Below, piece after piece: positions 46,205 through 56,127 of a DNA stretch of 64,000 nucleotides. Below the pieces are notes generated by a model, which was given only the letters and a program-made list of their open reading frames with translations, did no database searches and had not been told where the DNA came from. The translations under genes were made by a program, and so were the position numbers. The stretch lies in IMG/VR virus record IMGVR_UViG_3300007512_002205, positions 1 through 64,000 of that record; one strand, written 5' to 3'. Origin of the DNA: an uncultured virus (IMG/VR IMGVR_UViG_3300007512_002205). Taxonomy: Duplodnaviria > Heunggongvirae > Uroviricota > Caudoviricetes. How positions within the stretch are numbered: position 1 is the first letter of the stretch; every line of letters begins with the position of its first letter.

Positions 46205-47048
46205 ATTGTGTGAACTCCTTTTTCCTTCTTTTTATCTCTTGTGTGATAAGTTTATCAAAAACACCATTAATCAAAAACAGATATGTCAGATCGTGCATAC
46301 TAAGTTTCTTAAAAATAGTTCTATAGATATTAAGAGATTCTAAAAAAATTGGATTCGTGAAATCTGCTGACAATTGCCGATAATGAGCTTGAAACATAAG
46401 ATCCAACTCTTCCATGGCATCGCGAATATGTGTAATGCCCTCAACTGTTTCATATTCTGGCTTGTCAATATATTTCGCAAGCCTATCTATCCATCCAAAT
46501 TTAGCCTTTCCACACCTCTCTATACGCAAAATACCTTTCGCCTCGCACTCACGAAAATCCTTGTGATGATAAAAGAACTTATCATCAAGGGCCAGTTGAC
46601 AATTGACAAAATCAAACAAACTCAAAGTTGCCTCTGTGTTTGTGCCACGAAAATCCTTGTGAACAATCTGATATGCGAAATTGTGGTTTTTACTCGGCAT
46701 AAATGTCACCGAATATTTTGAATCTTTCCAACTAGCACCATATCTTACCAACAGATATTCACGGCACTTACGAGCACACCCATCATCTCTTGGGAAAAAA
46801 TCAAGATCAATGAGCTTGCTCGGCTCGGCCTTGGTAAAAAGAGAATTAAGCACTCTTTTGGTCAACTTCTCTTTCTTTGTCCCTTCAAAAACTCTCTGAA
46901 GAGAGCCTTTCTTTATTGACCTTCTCAAAGATCCGCCTGCAAGGCAAGCCCCAAACGATATCATCTGATCAATATCTTCTCTCATCCATGGAACAAGGCC
47001 ATCAAAATACTTCTCCATGAAACGATTTCTGTTAGCTGTAACAATCAT
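46182..47048 (-). CDS. Pol-beta superfamily nucleotidyltransferase (CCA/poly(A) polymerase head-like)
   Basis: LAGGSLR...DLDFF and FDFVNCQLA (cf. RDFTxNA). Confidence 0.6.
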   Translation of the reverse strand: MIVTANRNRFMEKYFDGLVPWMREDIDQMISFGACLAGGSLRRSIKKGSLQRVFEGTKKEKLTKRVLNSLFTKAEPSKLIDLDFFPRDDGCARKCREYLLVRYGASWKDSKYSVTFMPSKNHNFAYQIVHKDFRGTNTEATLSLFDFVNCQLALDDKFFYHHKDFRECEAKGILRIERCGKAKFGWIDRLAKYIDKPEYETVEGITHIRDAMEELDLMFQAHYRQLSADFTNPIFLESLNIYRTIFKKLSMHDLTYLFLINGVFDKLITQEIKRRKKEFTQYENSALI

Positions 47049-47060
47049 TTTTCCTCCTTA

Positions 47061-48020
47061 TCAGTTGCCACATTCAAATAGTGCGCGATACATCACATAA
47101 GAATCTCGATCTAGTGTAATCGCCTCTCTCTTTGCAATCGCGAATTTTTCATTCGGCATAGAGCCGACATCTTTGTACGGTGAAATGTTTACTTTTTTCA
47201 CCTCAATGTCGTATAGAAGCAATTTGCTTATTAAATCATATGCTTTTTTCTCTGCATCAGCATCGAGAGCAAGCAAAACCCTTGAATCGTTCTTAACGAT
47301 TTTCTGAAAAAGATTTGAATATTCTCCCAGAGACGAACCTAATAACGGAACGGCATTTCTTCCTGCCATAACAGCATCAAAGACGCCCTCAACTATCACT
47401 ATTGTCTCATCAAAATCGACAAACAATTCGTTAAAGATGATATTCTTGCTGATTGGTGGGTTCATATACGATGGGTATTTTGCATCATTATACGCCCTTG
47501 CAACAAAATAGTTCAATGAACCATCTTCCGCGAACGAAGGGATAATGATTCTATCTTCAAATGCCCCTTTTGAACAATAACCCATCTTCCAAAAGACAAC
47601 ATCGTCAAATGAAACATTTCGTTTCTTCAAATAAGCCAAGGGAACCCTCGCTGAGAGCGAGGGTTGTTTCTTTGTTAATGAAATAAATTCCTTTGGTAAC
47701 TTTAAGTAAGAGAATTTTCTCTCGTTCTTTGGTTCTAATAGCTCTGATAATTCATCTGTGAAATCAGACAGGTCAACAGAGTCTTCGAATTTCTTCCACT
47801 CAAACAAATGTGCTGTTGTTCCGTGATTTCGAACAAGCCTTCTTAGCCTTGGCCCGGAATACTCACAGATCCAACATTTAAACTTTCCCTTGGTAATGTT
47901 AACAGATAGCTTCTGTTTATGGTGGTCACACTTCGGACAGAAGTATAGACATTCATCCCCAACCTGACGCGGGATCCCCAATATCTCGCTTAGGATTTCG
48001 AGTTTTCCTCTTCTTGACAT
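47061..48020 (-). CDS. DNA primase (Zn finger + TOPRIM)
   Basis: CPKCDH...CWIC, RIIIP, YFVAR, VEGVFDA, LALDADA, KDVG. Confidence 0.9.
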   Translation of the reverse strand: MSRRGKLEILSEILGIPRQVGDECLYFCPKCDHHKQKLSVNITKGKFKCWICEYSGPRLRRLVRNHGTTAHLFEWKKFEDSVDLSDFTDELSELLEPKNERKFSYLKLPKEFISLTKKQPSLSARVPLAYLKKRNVSFDDVVFWKMGYCSKGAFEDRIIIPSFAEDGSLNYFVARAYNDAKYPSYMNPPISKNIIFNELFVDFDETIVIVEGVFDAVMAGRNAVPLLGSSLGEYSNLFQKIVKNDSRVLLALDADAEKKAYDLISKLLLYDIEVKKVNISPYKDVGSMPNEKFAIAKREAITLDRDSYVMYRALFECGN

Positions 48021-48523
48021 AATAAATACCCCGCACGGGCTATAATAACGCTATCTGCCCGGTCAAACTCCCCAGGTTTTGGCGTCCCGTTACGGGTATA
48101 CTTTATATCGAAAAGAGGTTCGTTGTCAAGCACAAATTTCAGAACAATTTCCTTGGCTTTGTCGCCTTTATTGAACTTTATCCCTGCTAATTTTCTTGCT
48201 GACATGGCGTTTACCAACTCCGGATCGGTTTTGAATATCTTTCTACAAATCCAACTTATTACGCCGTTATACCTATTCAACAACTGGATCGTTTTTGCCG
48301 ATGAGAATCCCGACTTAAACATACCAAGTGGCTGTTCGATGTAGACATGTGTTATGTCATAATCCTTTTTAAGCTGTTTCAGATTCTCTTCAACAAAATC
48401 CGCTTTAAGATAAAAGCCTTTGATTTTTCTTGTGTCATATTTCCCACAAAAAAGAAGACAACCCGACTCATCTATTACTGATGCTCCTGTGATGCTTGTA
48501 CTAACATCAAGTCCTAAGATCAT
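47990..48523 (-). CDS. RuvC-like Holliday junction resolvase
   Basis: MILGLDVSTSITG, YIEQP, ARKLAG, DRADSVIIA. Confidence 0.8.
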   Translation of the reverse strand: MILGLDVSTSITGASVIDESGCLLFCGKYDTRKIKGFYLKADFVEENLKQLKKDYDITHVYIEQPLGMFKSGFSSAKTIQLLNRYNGVISWICRKIFKTDPELVNAMSARKLAGIKFNKGDKAKEIVLKFVLDNEPLFDIKYTRNGTPKPGEFDRADSVIIARAGYLLCQEEENSKS

Positions 48524-48539
48524 TGTTTCTCCTACGAAA

Positions 48540-50567
48540 TCAAAGATCCATTTTTAATTTAAAGGTGTAGCTCTGGTCTGGCTTTTTACGAACAGGATTG
48601 GCCAATGTCGCAATGCCAATAAGGTTTTCCTCTTCATCATAAACACCGATCTTATTTATATAAGTCTGCTGTGAGTATGACTCCGAATGATAATGAGAAG
48701 AAGATATAGTGTTTTTTATTTGAATATCTTCGTTCTCCCAAAACAGTTTCGAACCCGTTGAAAATAGAATTTGATTTCCTTGACTAGCAGAAATATACGA
48801 AAAATTGTTGCTCCAGTTAAGTAAGTTTTTTGGGGCGTGTGCAAACATTGTTATCGTATTTATCTTGTGTGTTCCTTCAAATTCAAGTTCGTATGAAGAT
48901 GAAATGATGTCATTGTATTCCAGGGTATTAGACTTGTATGCTCCAAAATGAATCCATTTTGGTGAATCAGTTACAACGTCTTTTTGTGAATCAATAGGTT
49001 GGATATACGGCTCTGAAATATCTGTGTTCAATGAGTCGCTTCCCGTCAAAACCAAGAACCCCTCATTATACAAAACAAAACCAACTATGCTTCCAGATGT
49101 TGATCCTGTTGTTTGGATCAAAGCACCGTTTTCATTAATGTCTTGAGCCCTTGCTGTCAAATTCCCCGTCACATAAAACTTAAGGTCAACAGACCCCTTC
49201 TTAATCCCTTCATCGTAAAAGATCTTCGGAATACTTATAAGGTTTATACTTGAAGACGGGTGCATTTTGTGTTCAGAAAGAACCTTTGCGCCAACATCAG
49301 GATGTTCAAGGTGGGGTCGCCCCCCACTCAACATCAGATTATCAAAGTTATAAGCTTCACTAAGCGGCTTATAATATTCAATAGTATTCTTTAAGGCCAA
49401 TATTCGATAGACATCAGATGTTTTTGTGTATTCCTCATCGTATGTGACCGTTTCCCCCTCAACCTCTTTCTTGTAAACAAAAACCCTGCTTATTGTCGAA
49501 ACAAGAGGCATCGGAACCTTAACGGAGCCATATAACCCCTCCTCTGTCAATTCAAATTTACCAGGGGCAAACTTTTTTATTCCCCCAACACTGTTGGCAA
49601 AAGCACTCATGGTGATATGGTTTGCGCTTACCTGATCAAAAACGTCTGGATCTGCATCATCACCATCACCCATTCGCCAATAAGACAATATCGAATTTTT
49701 CAAACCCGTTGAAATTTTTGCTAAATCCGGGGGCTTTCCTTGATTGTATAACTCTGACACCTCATCGTCTGTGACGCCCCTTGTCGTCAAAGCAACTTCG
49801 TCAATATAACCGGGAAACGATTTCCCGCCAACAGTACTGTTCCCGACCGAACCTATCAATGGATTAAGTTCTCCAGTCCTTCCGCCTGGGAAATGCCTAT
49901 GCCTTAACATCCTCTCCCCATTGATATAAAATTTTGCATCCGTATCTGAAAAAGATACTGCAACGTGCGACCATTTATTGAACGGAACCACACGCTCATC
50001 CGTCGTATAGCACTGGATTATTTCTCCGTTTGATAAAACTGCATCGGTTCCGATATCAAACCCAAGAGAGCCAACCTTCACATCTGCTTTTTGACCAAAA
50101 GCAATGTTTAGTTTTCCCAATGATGACGATGAGAACATATAGAAAACTTTCTTATTATCTACAAACCCTGAGTTCTGGTTTCCAAGGTGCATGATCCTTG
50201 GGAAAGTACTTGACGAACCCTCAACGGGATAAACCCATGCTGATATTGAATTCCGGCTTTTTAAAAAATCCCCTCCGTCCGCACTTTTTAAAAAATCCCC
50301 TCCGTCCGCACTCTGCGTCTCTTCAATATCGAAAGAGGCAACTGGATTTGAAGCTGTTTTGTCAAACAAGACTGAATATTCTGAATAGGGAAAGCTTAGA
50401 CTTAAATTTCCGCCGACTTGTAAAGCAACAAATCCTTGTTCATTATTCAACTGTCCCTGATCAGAAAGGTTGTTAAGAACAATTCTGTTATTGCTCATTC
50501 TAAAAATATATTTGGGATACGTCTTTAGAACATTCCTGAAGGTTTCATTCTTTTTAAATTTGAACAT
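48540..50567 (-). CDS. virion structural protein with LamG/concanavalin-like domain
   Basis: ISAWV, KWSHVAVSF, FYING, FPGYIDEVAL, YWRMGDG; C-terminal IGVYDEEENLIGIATLANPVRK. Confidence 0.75.
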   Translation of the reverse strand: MFKFKKNETFRNVLKTYPKYIFRMSNNRIVLNNLSDQGQLNNEQGFVALQVGGNLSLSFPYSEYSVLFDKTASNPVASFDIEETQSADGGDFLKSADGGDFLKSRNSISAWVYPVEGSSSTFPRIMHLGNQNSGFVDNKKVFYMFSSSSLGKLNIAFGQKADVKVGSLGFDIGTDAVLSNGEIIQCYTTDERVVPFNKWSHVAVSFSDTDAKFYINGERMLRHRHFPGGRTGELNPLIGSVGNSTVGGKSFPGYIDEVALTTRGVTDDEVSELYNQGKPPDLAKISTGLKNSILSYWRMGDGDDADPDVFDQVSANHITMSAFANSVGGIKKFAPGKFELTEEGLYGSVKVPMPLVSTISRVFVYKKEVEGETVTYDEEYTKTSDVYRILALKNTIEYYKPLSEAYNFDNLMLSGGRPHLEHPDVGAKVLSEHKMHPSSSINLISIPKIFYDEGIKKGSVDLKFYVTGNLTARAQDINENGALIQTTGSTSGSIVGFVLYNEGFLVLTGSDSLNTDISEPYIQPIDSQKDVVTDSPKWIHFGAYKSNTLEYNDIISSSYELEFEGTHKINTITMFAHAPKNLLNWSNNFSYISASQGNQILFSTGSKLFWENEDIQIKNTISSSHYHSESYSQQTYINKIGVYDEEENLIGIATLANPVRKKPDQSYTFKLKMDL
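50257..50310. repeat. perfect 27-bp in-frame tandem duplication
   Basis: SADGGDFLK twice, identical at DNA level. Confidence 0.9.
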
Positions 50568-50581
50568 GGGCCACCTTTAAA

Positions 50582-51655
50582 TCAGAAGTCTGTTCTGACA
50601 CGAATGGTAAGCTCGTCTGCGGCGGTTTTCTTCAAGGGCTCAGATAGTTTTCCTACAGCAAGCAACTCATTGTCCTCGGAATAAAGACCAACTGTTGTAA
50701 CGTATGATATGGGTGAATCCTCATTCTTGTCCTTCACACGCAACTTGCTTGCGGTCACATACGTTGGGTTCGAACTATAGTTGAACTCATTGTGATTTAG
50801 GCGACAGAAATAAACCGTTGAATTAAGCTCGGTTGTGTTGCGGAAACTGATGTTGAAGATTCTTCGACGTACAGCATCTCCTATATCATCGACACTTGAC
50901 GAAATAATCGAATCAGCGATTCTCCGGTAGCCATAGGTTCCCGACGTAAATCTAAATTCGTTATCGTCTACAAAGAATCTGTCAAGGTCAAGAACAGCAA
51001 TACCCGCTTGATAAAACACCAAACCTCTTTCTCTGTTGTTCTCAACCGCGCCTGTGTAAAGGATTCCGTATTCACCAACTGGTGAATTATCAATAAAGCT
51101 CACGGTGTTGCCTGTTGCGGCATAATCACCAATTGTAGCAACATTGTCCATGCTTGCACTGCCACAGCTTGAACCACTTGTTGCAATCTTTAGTTCAAAG
51201 GAGCCTTTTTTAATCTCATCTTTCACAAGCAATCTTGAAAAGTTAATAAACAACGGGTTTGCAATCCAATCCGCTGATGTTGGAGACAACGAGCCGGATA
51301 CGTTGATAGGAATCGCTGAACCTGTTGCATCATACCCAAACAGAAGTTGTGACATTTGAGAATAGATTGCATGTTTGATTTCTTTCTCTTGAGAGCTTGC
51401 TGTTGGTGCCGGCACTGAACCTTCTTTGTGTCCGTATGTGATATCAAAAATGTGGTTCGCTGAAGAACTGGCATAAGGATAATCATACACAGACTGGAAA
51501 TAGCCATGACTATAAAACTTAACGTTTGTGTCATTCGGAAACGTCCCATACGAACCAGACAAAAGCGATCCTGTGATCGGAATTGACTCATGCAATAAAG
51601 TTTTTTGTGTTACTTTATCGTTCTCATCCAAATTCTTAAAAATACTTGTAGCCAT
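50582..51655 (-). CDS. virion structural protein (baseplate/tail-collar-like), paralog of the 48540 protein C-terminus
   Basis: EFNYSSNPTY, YVTTVGLYSEDNELLAVGKLSEPLKK. Confidence 0.65.
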   Translation of the reverse strand: MATSIFKNLDENDKVTQKTLLHESIPITGSLLSGSYGTFPNDTNVKFYSHGYFQSVYDYPYASSSANHIFDITYGHKEGSVPAPTASSQEKEIKHAIYSQMSQLLFGYDATGSAIPINVSGSLSPTSADWIANPLFINFSRLLVKDEIKKGSFELKIATSGSSCGSASMDNVATIGDYAATGNTVSFIDNSPVGEYGILYTGAVENNRERGLVFYQAGIAVLDLDRFFVDDNEFRFTSGTYGYRRIADSIISSSVDDIGDAVRRRIFNISFRNTTELNSTVYFCRLNHNEFNYSSNPTYVTASKLRVKDKNEDSPISYVTTVGLYSEDNELLAVGKLSEPLKKTAADELTIRVRTDF

Positions 51656-51670
51656 CTTATTCTCCGTCCT

Positions 51671-52612
51671 TTAAAATTCTGCTATGAAATGAAGCGGAAT
51701 ATTGACCACCCCACCTTGAGTCAAACCCTGAATTCTCAGGTTTGCTGATATTTTCTTCAATGAAACACTTGTACTGTTAAAGTTGGAATCTGACCTTCCG
51801 TACTTATCAAAGAAAAATTGTGCGTTGTTTAACATACTTGAAGCGCCCTTGATGCTGAACTTCAATTGTCTTCCGATTGGCCCGGCGATATTGATCTTTT
51901 CAGCCACGGGTTTTGCTTCGAAGTTATCGGGGTTTGCACCATCAGCCAAGGCCCAAACTCCTGTTCCGTCTGTTGAAATAAATGAGAGGTCGGCTTCAAC
52001 TCCACCCTCCGGTGTGTTAGTCACAACGTGACCAAACCTTGCGTCCATTGCGATTGCAAACTGTGTCTCTTCCAAATCAGTCGGCATAGCCGTTCCTGCA
52101 CCGCCGGCTTCTGCTGTGTCAAAACCCTGTCCAATTTTCAACATCAAGGTGCCCGCTGCCTTAGCTGCTGCGCGCCCATCAATGTACCCATTAACACCGT
52201 TAAAAATTGTATCGTAGTTTGGAAGAGTTGTCCCCCCGGTCAAACTTTCAACCACCTTGTCATTAACCGCAACAATGATCGTGTTCAAAGCTGACAAAGG
52301 AGCTTGTTTCGTGTTCAGTTTAAGAGTTGGTAAGAATAGAAGCTGTTGATTTGGAATGGTTAATAGTTTGTACTTCAAAGCGGCATTGGGCTCGGTTACT
52401 GCTTCCAAAACCGGACTCTTGAGAATATCAAGATCAAAATAAGCACTACCACTTGCGTGACTTGAATTGTACAAAGCGTAATCAATCTCATCATCGCTCA
52501 AAGCAAAACGAGCAACCTTAAAAGCGCCAGCTCCCTCTGCCAAACGTCGCCTTCCTGCTGTTGTAAGCACAGCATCTAAAACAATATCACCACTGTTATC
52601 TAAAAAAGCCAT
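51671..52612 (-). CDS. virion structural protein
   Basis: MAFLDNSGDIVLDAVLT..GRRRLA...FALSDDEIDY; preceded by late motif. Confidence 0.6.
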   Translation of the reverse strand: MAFLDNSGDIVLDAVLTTAGRRRLAEGAGAFKVARFALSDDEIDYALYNSSHASGSAYFDLDILKSPVLEAVTEPNAALKYKLLTIPNQQLLFLPTLKLNTKQAPLSALNTIIVAVNDKVVESLTGGTTLPNYDTIFNGVNGYIDGRAAAKAAGTLMLKIGQGFDTAEAGGAGTAMPTDLEETQFAIAMDARFGHVVTNTPEGGVEADLSFISTDGTGVWALADGANPDNFEAKPVAEKINIAGPIGRQLKFSIKGASSMLNNAQFFFDKYGRSDSNFNSTSVSLKKISANLRIQGLTQGGVVNIPLHFIAEF

Positions 52613-52632
52613 TCTAATCTCTCCTTTATCAC

Positions 52633-52642
52633 TATAATTAGT
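52633..52642 (-). promoter_or_regulatory. putative late promoter (ACTAATTATA)
   Basis: Motif 20 nt upstream of ATG 52612. Confidence 0.6.
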
Positions 52643-52677
52643 CGATATTTAAAGTTCCAACCCTTCCCCGAACAAAA

Positions 52678-53982
52678 TTATATACCCAAAGAGCCAGTAA
52701 ATATTAATTCGTCCTCCGGTAGTCCTCCTGGCGGGGCAAACTCAAACCCTCCAGCTTCAGGTGAAAGGTGTCCTCCTGGCGGGGCAAACTCAAACCCTCC
52801 AACTTCAGGTGAAAGGTTTAATGAGCCCGTTGCTTCAGGTCTTGGAGCAAATTCTTCTGGATCGATGGCAACACCCTCTGCATCTACCAAATTAGCAACC
52901 TCACTTGCAAGCCCTTGACCAACCCCCGGCAATACCACAAAATCATTTGCAACTTTATTTGCTCTGTTTGTTGCGCCAGTAGCAACGGTTTTAAGATCGC
53001 CCTTTCTCACAGAAGTGCCCTCTCCACTACCGGCAACTCTAACGTTTTTCAGATCCTTTATCATCTGATTCAGGGCTTGTTTATATTCTGCTGCAATTGC
53101 AACAATATCTATGGACCCCTCTGAGCCTACGATTGATTCAAGAAGTTCTACAAAAACAGCACGATACTTCGCAATGTTCTCTTCCCTGGCTGATTGGATC
53201 GAGAACTCTTCTTTTATAGAATCCACCAACCCAGAGAACATCTTCCTTAATTTAATCTCACTTTTAACTGTGATCTGCTCCGACCCTACCACTATCCCAC
53301 GAACAAACGTGTCAAGGGCTCTTTTGATCGCAACCTGTAATGTTTCAAAATCATCTTCAATCGCCGCAAATATGAACCCAACAAGTTCTGCAAACTCACC
53401 CACGCTTACACCATCTTCAAACTGAACCAAAATGTCTTTCATGCCCTCAACAAATTCAGCAATTTCTTCACCTTTAAGCCCTTCCGAGACTAGCGGAGCG
53501 AACGTATCTTTGTTGAATGCGAAGCCTAAGTCCAGTTCAACACCCTCTTTGAAAAAGAGATTCAACCCTTCAAATCCCTCACCAATGTGTTTTGTAAAAT
53601 TTACAATCGTTTGTTTCTTGTAATCGTCAAATGCTTGTTTGGTGTTCAAAATTGTATTTTCTGTTAATAATGATACGTCCTCTGGTCCTCCGAACGTAGA
53701 AAGAAGCTCAACGAGTGTTCCAAGATCTGCTTCAGAAACCTCGTCCTCTTCTATATTTCTTTCAAGTTCTTTATTGAGGAGCGCACCAAACGGCTTCAAG
53801 AGTTCTGGGATATCACTTATCCGCTCTTCGGATAAGAACTCCTCATAGACTTCAAAAACATTACTTCCCAATTTCATCGTTTGAAGGATTTTTCTTGTCC
53901 CCTCTGCTTTAGCGTTTTTCAAAGCCTCTTCATAAAAAGCTTTTCCACTTCGAACGACTTCTTTTGCTTCCTTGATTCCCAT
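52678..53982 (-). CDS. acidic helical hypothetical protein
   Basis: 434-aa ORF abutting upstream stop (TAA ATG). Confidence 0.6.
   Translation of the reverse strand: MGIKEAKEVVRSGKAFYEEALKNAKAEGTRKILQTMKLGSNVFEVYEEFLSEERISDIPELLKPFGALLNKELERNIEEDEVSEADLGTLVELLSTFGGPEDVSLLTENTILNTKQAFDDYKKQTIVNFTKHIGEGFEGLNLFFKEGVELDLGFAFNKDTFAPLVSEGLKGEEIAEFVEGMKDILVQFEDGVSVGEFAELVGFIFAAIEDDFETLQVAIKRALDTFVRGIVVGSEQITVKSEIKLRKMFSGLVDSIKEEFSIQSAREENIAKYRAVFVELLESIVGSEGSIDIVAIAAEYKQALNQMIKDLKNVRVAGSGEGTSVRKGDLKTVATGATNRANKVANDFVVLPGVGQGLASEVANLVDAEGVAIDPEEFAPRPEATGSLNLSPEVGGFEFAPPGGHLSPEAGGFEFAPPGGLPEDELIFTGSLGI
52722..52817. repeat. near-perfect 48-bp in-frame tandem duplication
   Basis: LSPE(V/A)GGFEFAPPGG twice; one mismatch. 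Confidence 0.88.
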
Positions 53983-56124
53983 TTATTTTTCCAACGCCTT
54001 TGTAAATTGATCTATAAACGTATTGTAAACCTTGCTATAATTCAAAACTACCGTTTCTTTTGAAGAACTCTTCGTGGCTTTCACCATTTTTTCTGCTTCT
54101 TTTTTGATGCCACCTTCGTTGACTGGCTTCTTATTCATTACCGCACCACCAACAACTCCAGTGATATTACTCTCTAATACTACATTAGGTTTCGATAAAA
54201 TGTTAATCGTTTCGTTTGCAGCTTGTTTAACTTTTGCTTCATCTTCTGTTTTTACACCTTCAATACTTGTCAACCCTGCAAGAACATCCTTGACAAAATT
54301 TATTTGTTGTAATTTCAAATCATCTCCGGGTTTTGTAGGTGGGGGTGGAGGTGGAGGTGGTGTTTCTGCTTTGTTTTCTTCCACTTTATCAAGGACGTTC
54401 CCCTCATTCGACGATTCCTCTTTGCTCTCATCTTTGTTCAACACCGCATTTAAAAGCCCAAGCATACTAATCGCTTTTCCATCAGTTCCTTTTCCTAAAC
54501 CAGCACCTTGTGAAAGAACTGTCTTTACCGACTCTCCGAGTGCTGTTGTTATACCCAAATTTGCTATTCCTAAAATACTCGATTCTCCACTTGCAAAAGG
54601 ATCTTTTCCAGAAAGAATAAGATCAACAGCCTTATCCAGCGCCGTTTTTATTGGAATGTCAGCAATGACCTCTTGAATCCCGCTTCCTTTTGGAGATTCA
54701 AGCCCTTTTGATGTCGCTTTGAAGTTTATATTCAGATCTATTTTTCTCTTAGTTCTCCTCGAACCAACTCTAATTTTAAAGTTTGGCCTATCACTATACA
54801 CCGATTCTGCGCTTGGAACGATTCCAAGGTCAGATTTTTCCACCGCCTCTCCTTCCAAAATATCTTCTCTGTCTACAATAAGCTGTGATAGTGATGGTTC
54901 TATACGAAGTTTTCCTACGAAATTTTTCCGACGAATTGATTTCTTTTTCTGCTTTTTCTTGAAAATTTGAGTTGTTAAATACACAACCCCACCATCATCA
55001 ACCATCTCGACTTCATAAACTTTTGATAAGTGAGACTTGATTCCTGGTGTTTTTGAATTGGTGAAAAAACGATAATACTTCTTTACATTCGGTTTGAGAG
55101 CTTGATCAATAATTGCCGCTCTTTCAGGTAAAATCGGACGCCCACTCTGGAACCCTGTAAGAGGATTATCGGAAACTTCCACAACAAAACTCTTTATGAA
55201 GCTTAGTTGCGTAAAAACCTTCTTTTTCACAGGGCCTGTTTGAGGTTGCAAAAGAATAAGTACTTTGTTGTTTACACCGGCATATGGGTAAAAAGTTACC
55301 AACGGTGGGTATGGTGGGATAAGAGCCTCGTTTACTAAATTCTCTACCTCTTCCTTCTTCAACTCCAATGGCTTATCTTTCTTTATTTTTTCAATAACTT
55401 TTGTTGCTTCTGTCTTAACAACGTCTTTTACCTCTGTAAAAGATTTCGGAGTCGACTTTGGCCCAGTTGAAAGTTCTTCCCCAAGGTTTTTAACTGCATC
55501 GAGCAAATCACCACCCCCCTGATTCTTACCCTCGTTTTTCTTATTGCTATCCCCTTTAGACCCGCCAAGACCACTGTCATTTGCACCGCCACCAAGGCTG
55601 AACAACATTACCTGATCCTTTAAGACGGTTTCCTTGTCTTCCTTTTCTTTCTCCTTTTCCTCATCTGTTTTCAGAGTTGTGGTTGTTGTAATCAGATTCA
55701 TCCCAGGAATAAACAATGGCGGTGGCGGTGGCGGTGGCGGTGGCGGCGGTGGCGGCGGTGGCGGCTTAACGAGCCCCTTCTTAACGCTTCGCGCGCCATT
55801 CTTTCTTTGAAGGAAATCATATCCAGAATCCCTTCTCCCACTCTTTTTCATAAAAAAGATTCTATATGTCCCAGCTTTAATTATTGTTGGGATACCGGCG
55901 AGAACCCTTTGTGGGGGATATGTCCTCACAGAATGAAATGTCGATTTGATTATCAACTTCTTTTCACCGGCTGGCGGCGACTGATCGGATTCAAGCTCAA
56001 GAGCATGACCCTGATCTTTGCTGAAGGGTATGTCCCCAAACAGATTTCCGTCTGCGTTGATTATGATGTTCTTCCAAGACTCACGCCACTCAGCGGTTAA
56101 AATTTTGCCTGTTTCTTCTGCCAT
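53983..56124 (-). CDS. probable structural protein with two poly-Pro linkers
   Basis: Long Pro tract (about 55718-55765) and shorter one (about 54338-54361); late motif at 56154-56163. Confidence 0.6.
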   Translation of the reverse strand: MAEETGKILTAEWRESWKNIIINADGNLFGDIPFSKDQGHALELESDQSPPAGEKKLIIKSTFHSVRTYPPQRVLAGIPTIIKAGTYRIFFMKKSGRRDSGYDFLQRKNGARSVKKGLVKPPPPPPPPPPPPPPPPLFIPGMNLITTTTTLKTDEEKEKEKEDKETVLKDQVMLFSLGGGANDSGLGGSKGDSNKKNEGKNQGGGDLLDAVKNLGEELSTGPKSTPKSFTEVKDVVKTEATKVIEKIKKDKPLELKKEEVENLVNEALIPPYPPLVTFYPYAGVNNKVLILLQPQTGPVKKKVFTQLSFIKSFVVEVSDNPLTGFQSGRPILPERAAIIDQALKPNVKKYYRFFTNSKTPGIKSHLSKVYEVEMVDDGGVVYLTTQIFKKKQKKKSIRRKNFVGKLRIEPSLSQLIVDREDILEGEAVEKSDLGIVPSAESVYSDRPNFKIRVGSRRTKRKIDLNINFKATSKGLESPKGSGIQEVIADIPIKTALDKAVDLILSGKDPFASGESSILGIANLGITTALGESVKTVLSQGAGLGKGTDGKAISMLGLLNAVLNKDESKEESSNEGNVLDKVEENKAETPPPPPPPPTKPGDDLKLQQINFVKDVLAGLTSIEGVKTEDEAKVKQAANETINILSKPNVVLESNITGVVGGAVMNKKPVNEGGIKKEAEKMVKATKSSSKETVVLNYSKVYNTFIDQFTKALEK

Positions 56125-56127
56125 GTA

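Noticed and set aside
48014..48046. Plus-strand TTGACA...TATAAT antisense promoter
   Set aside because: Spacer is 21 nt, too long for sigma70.
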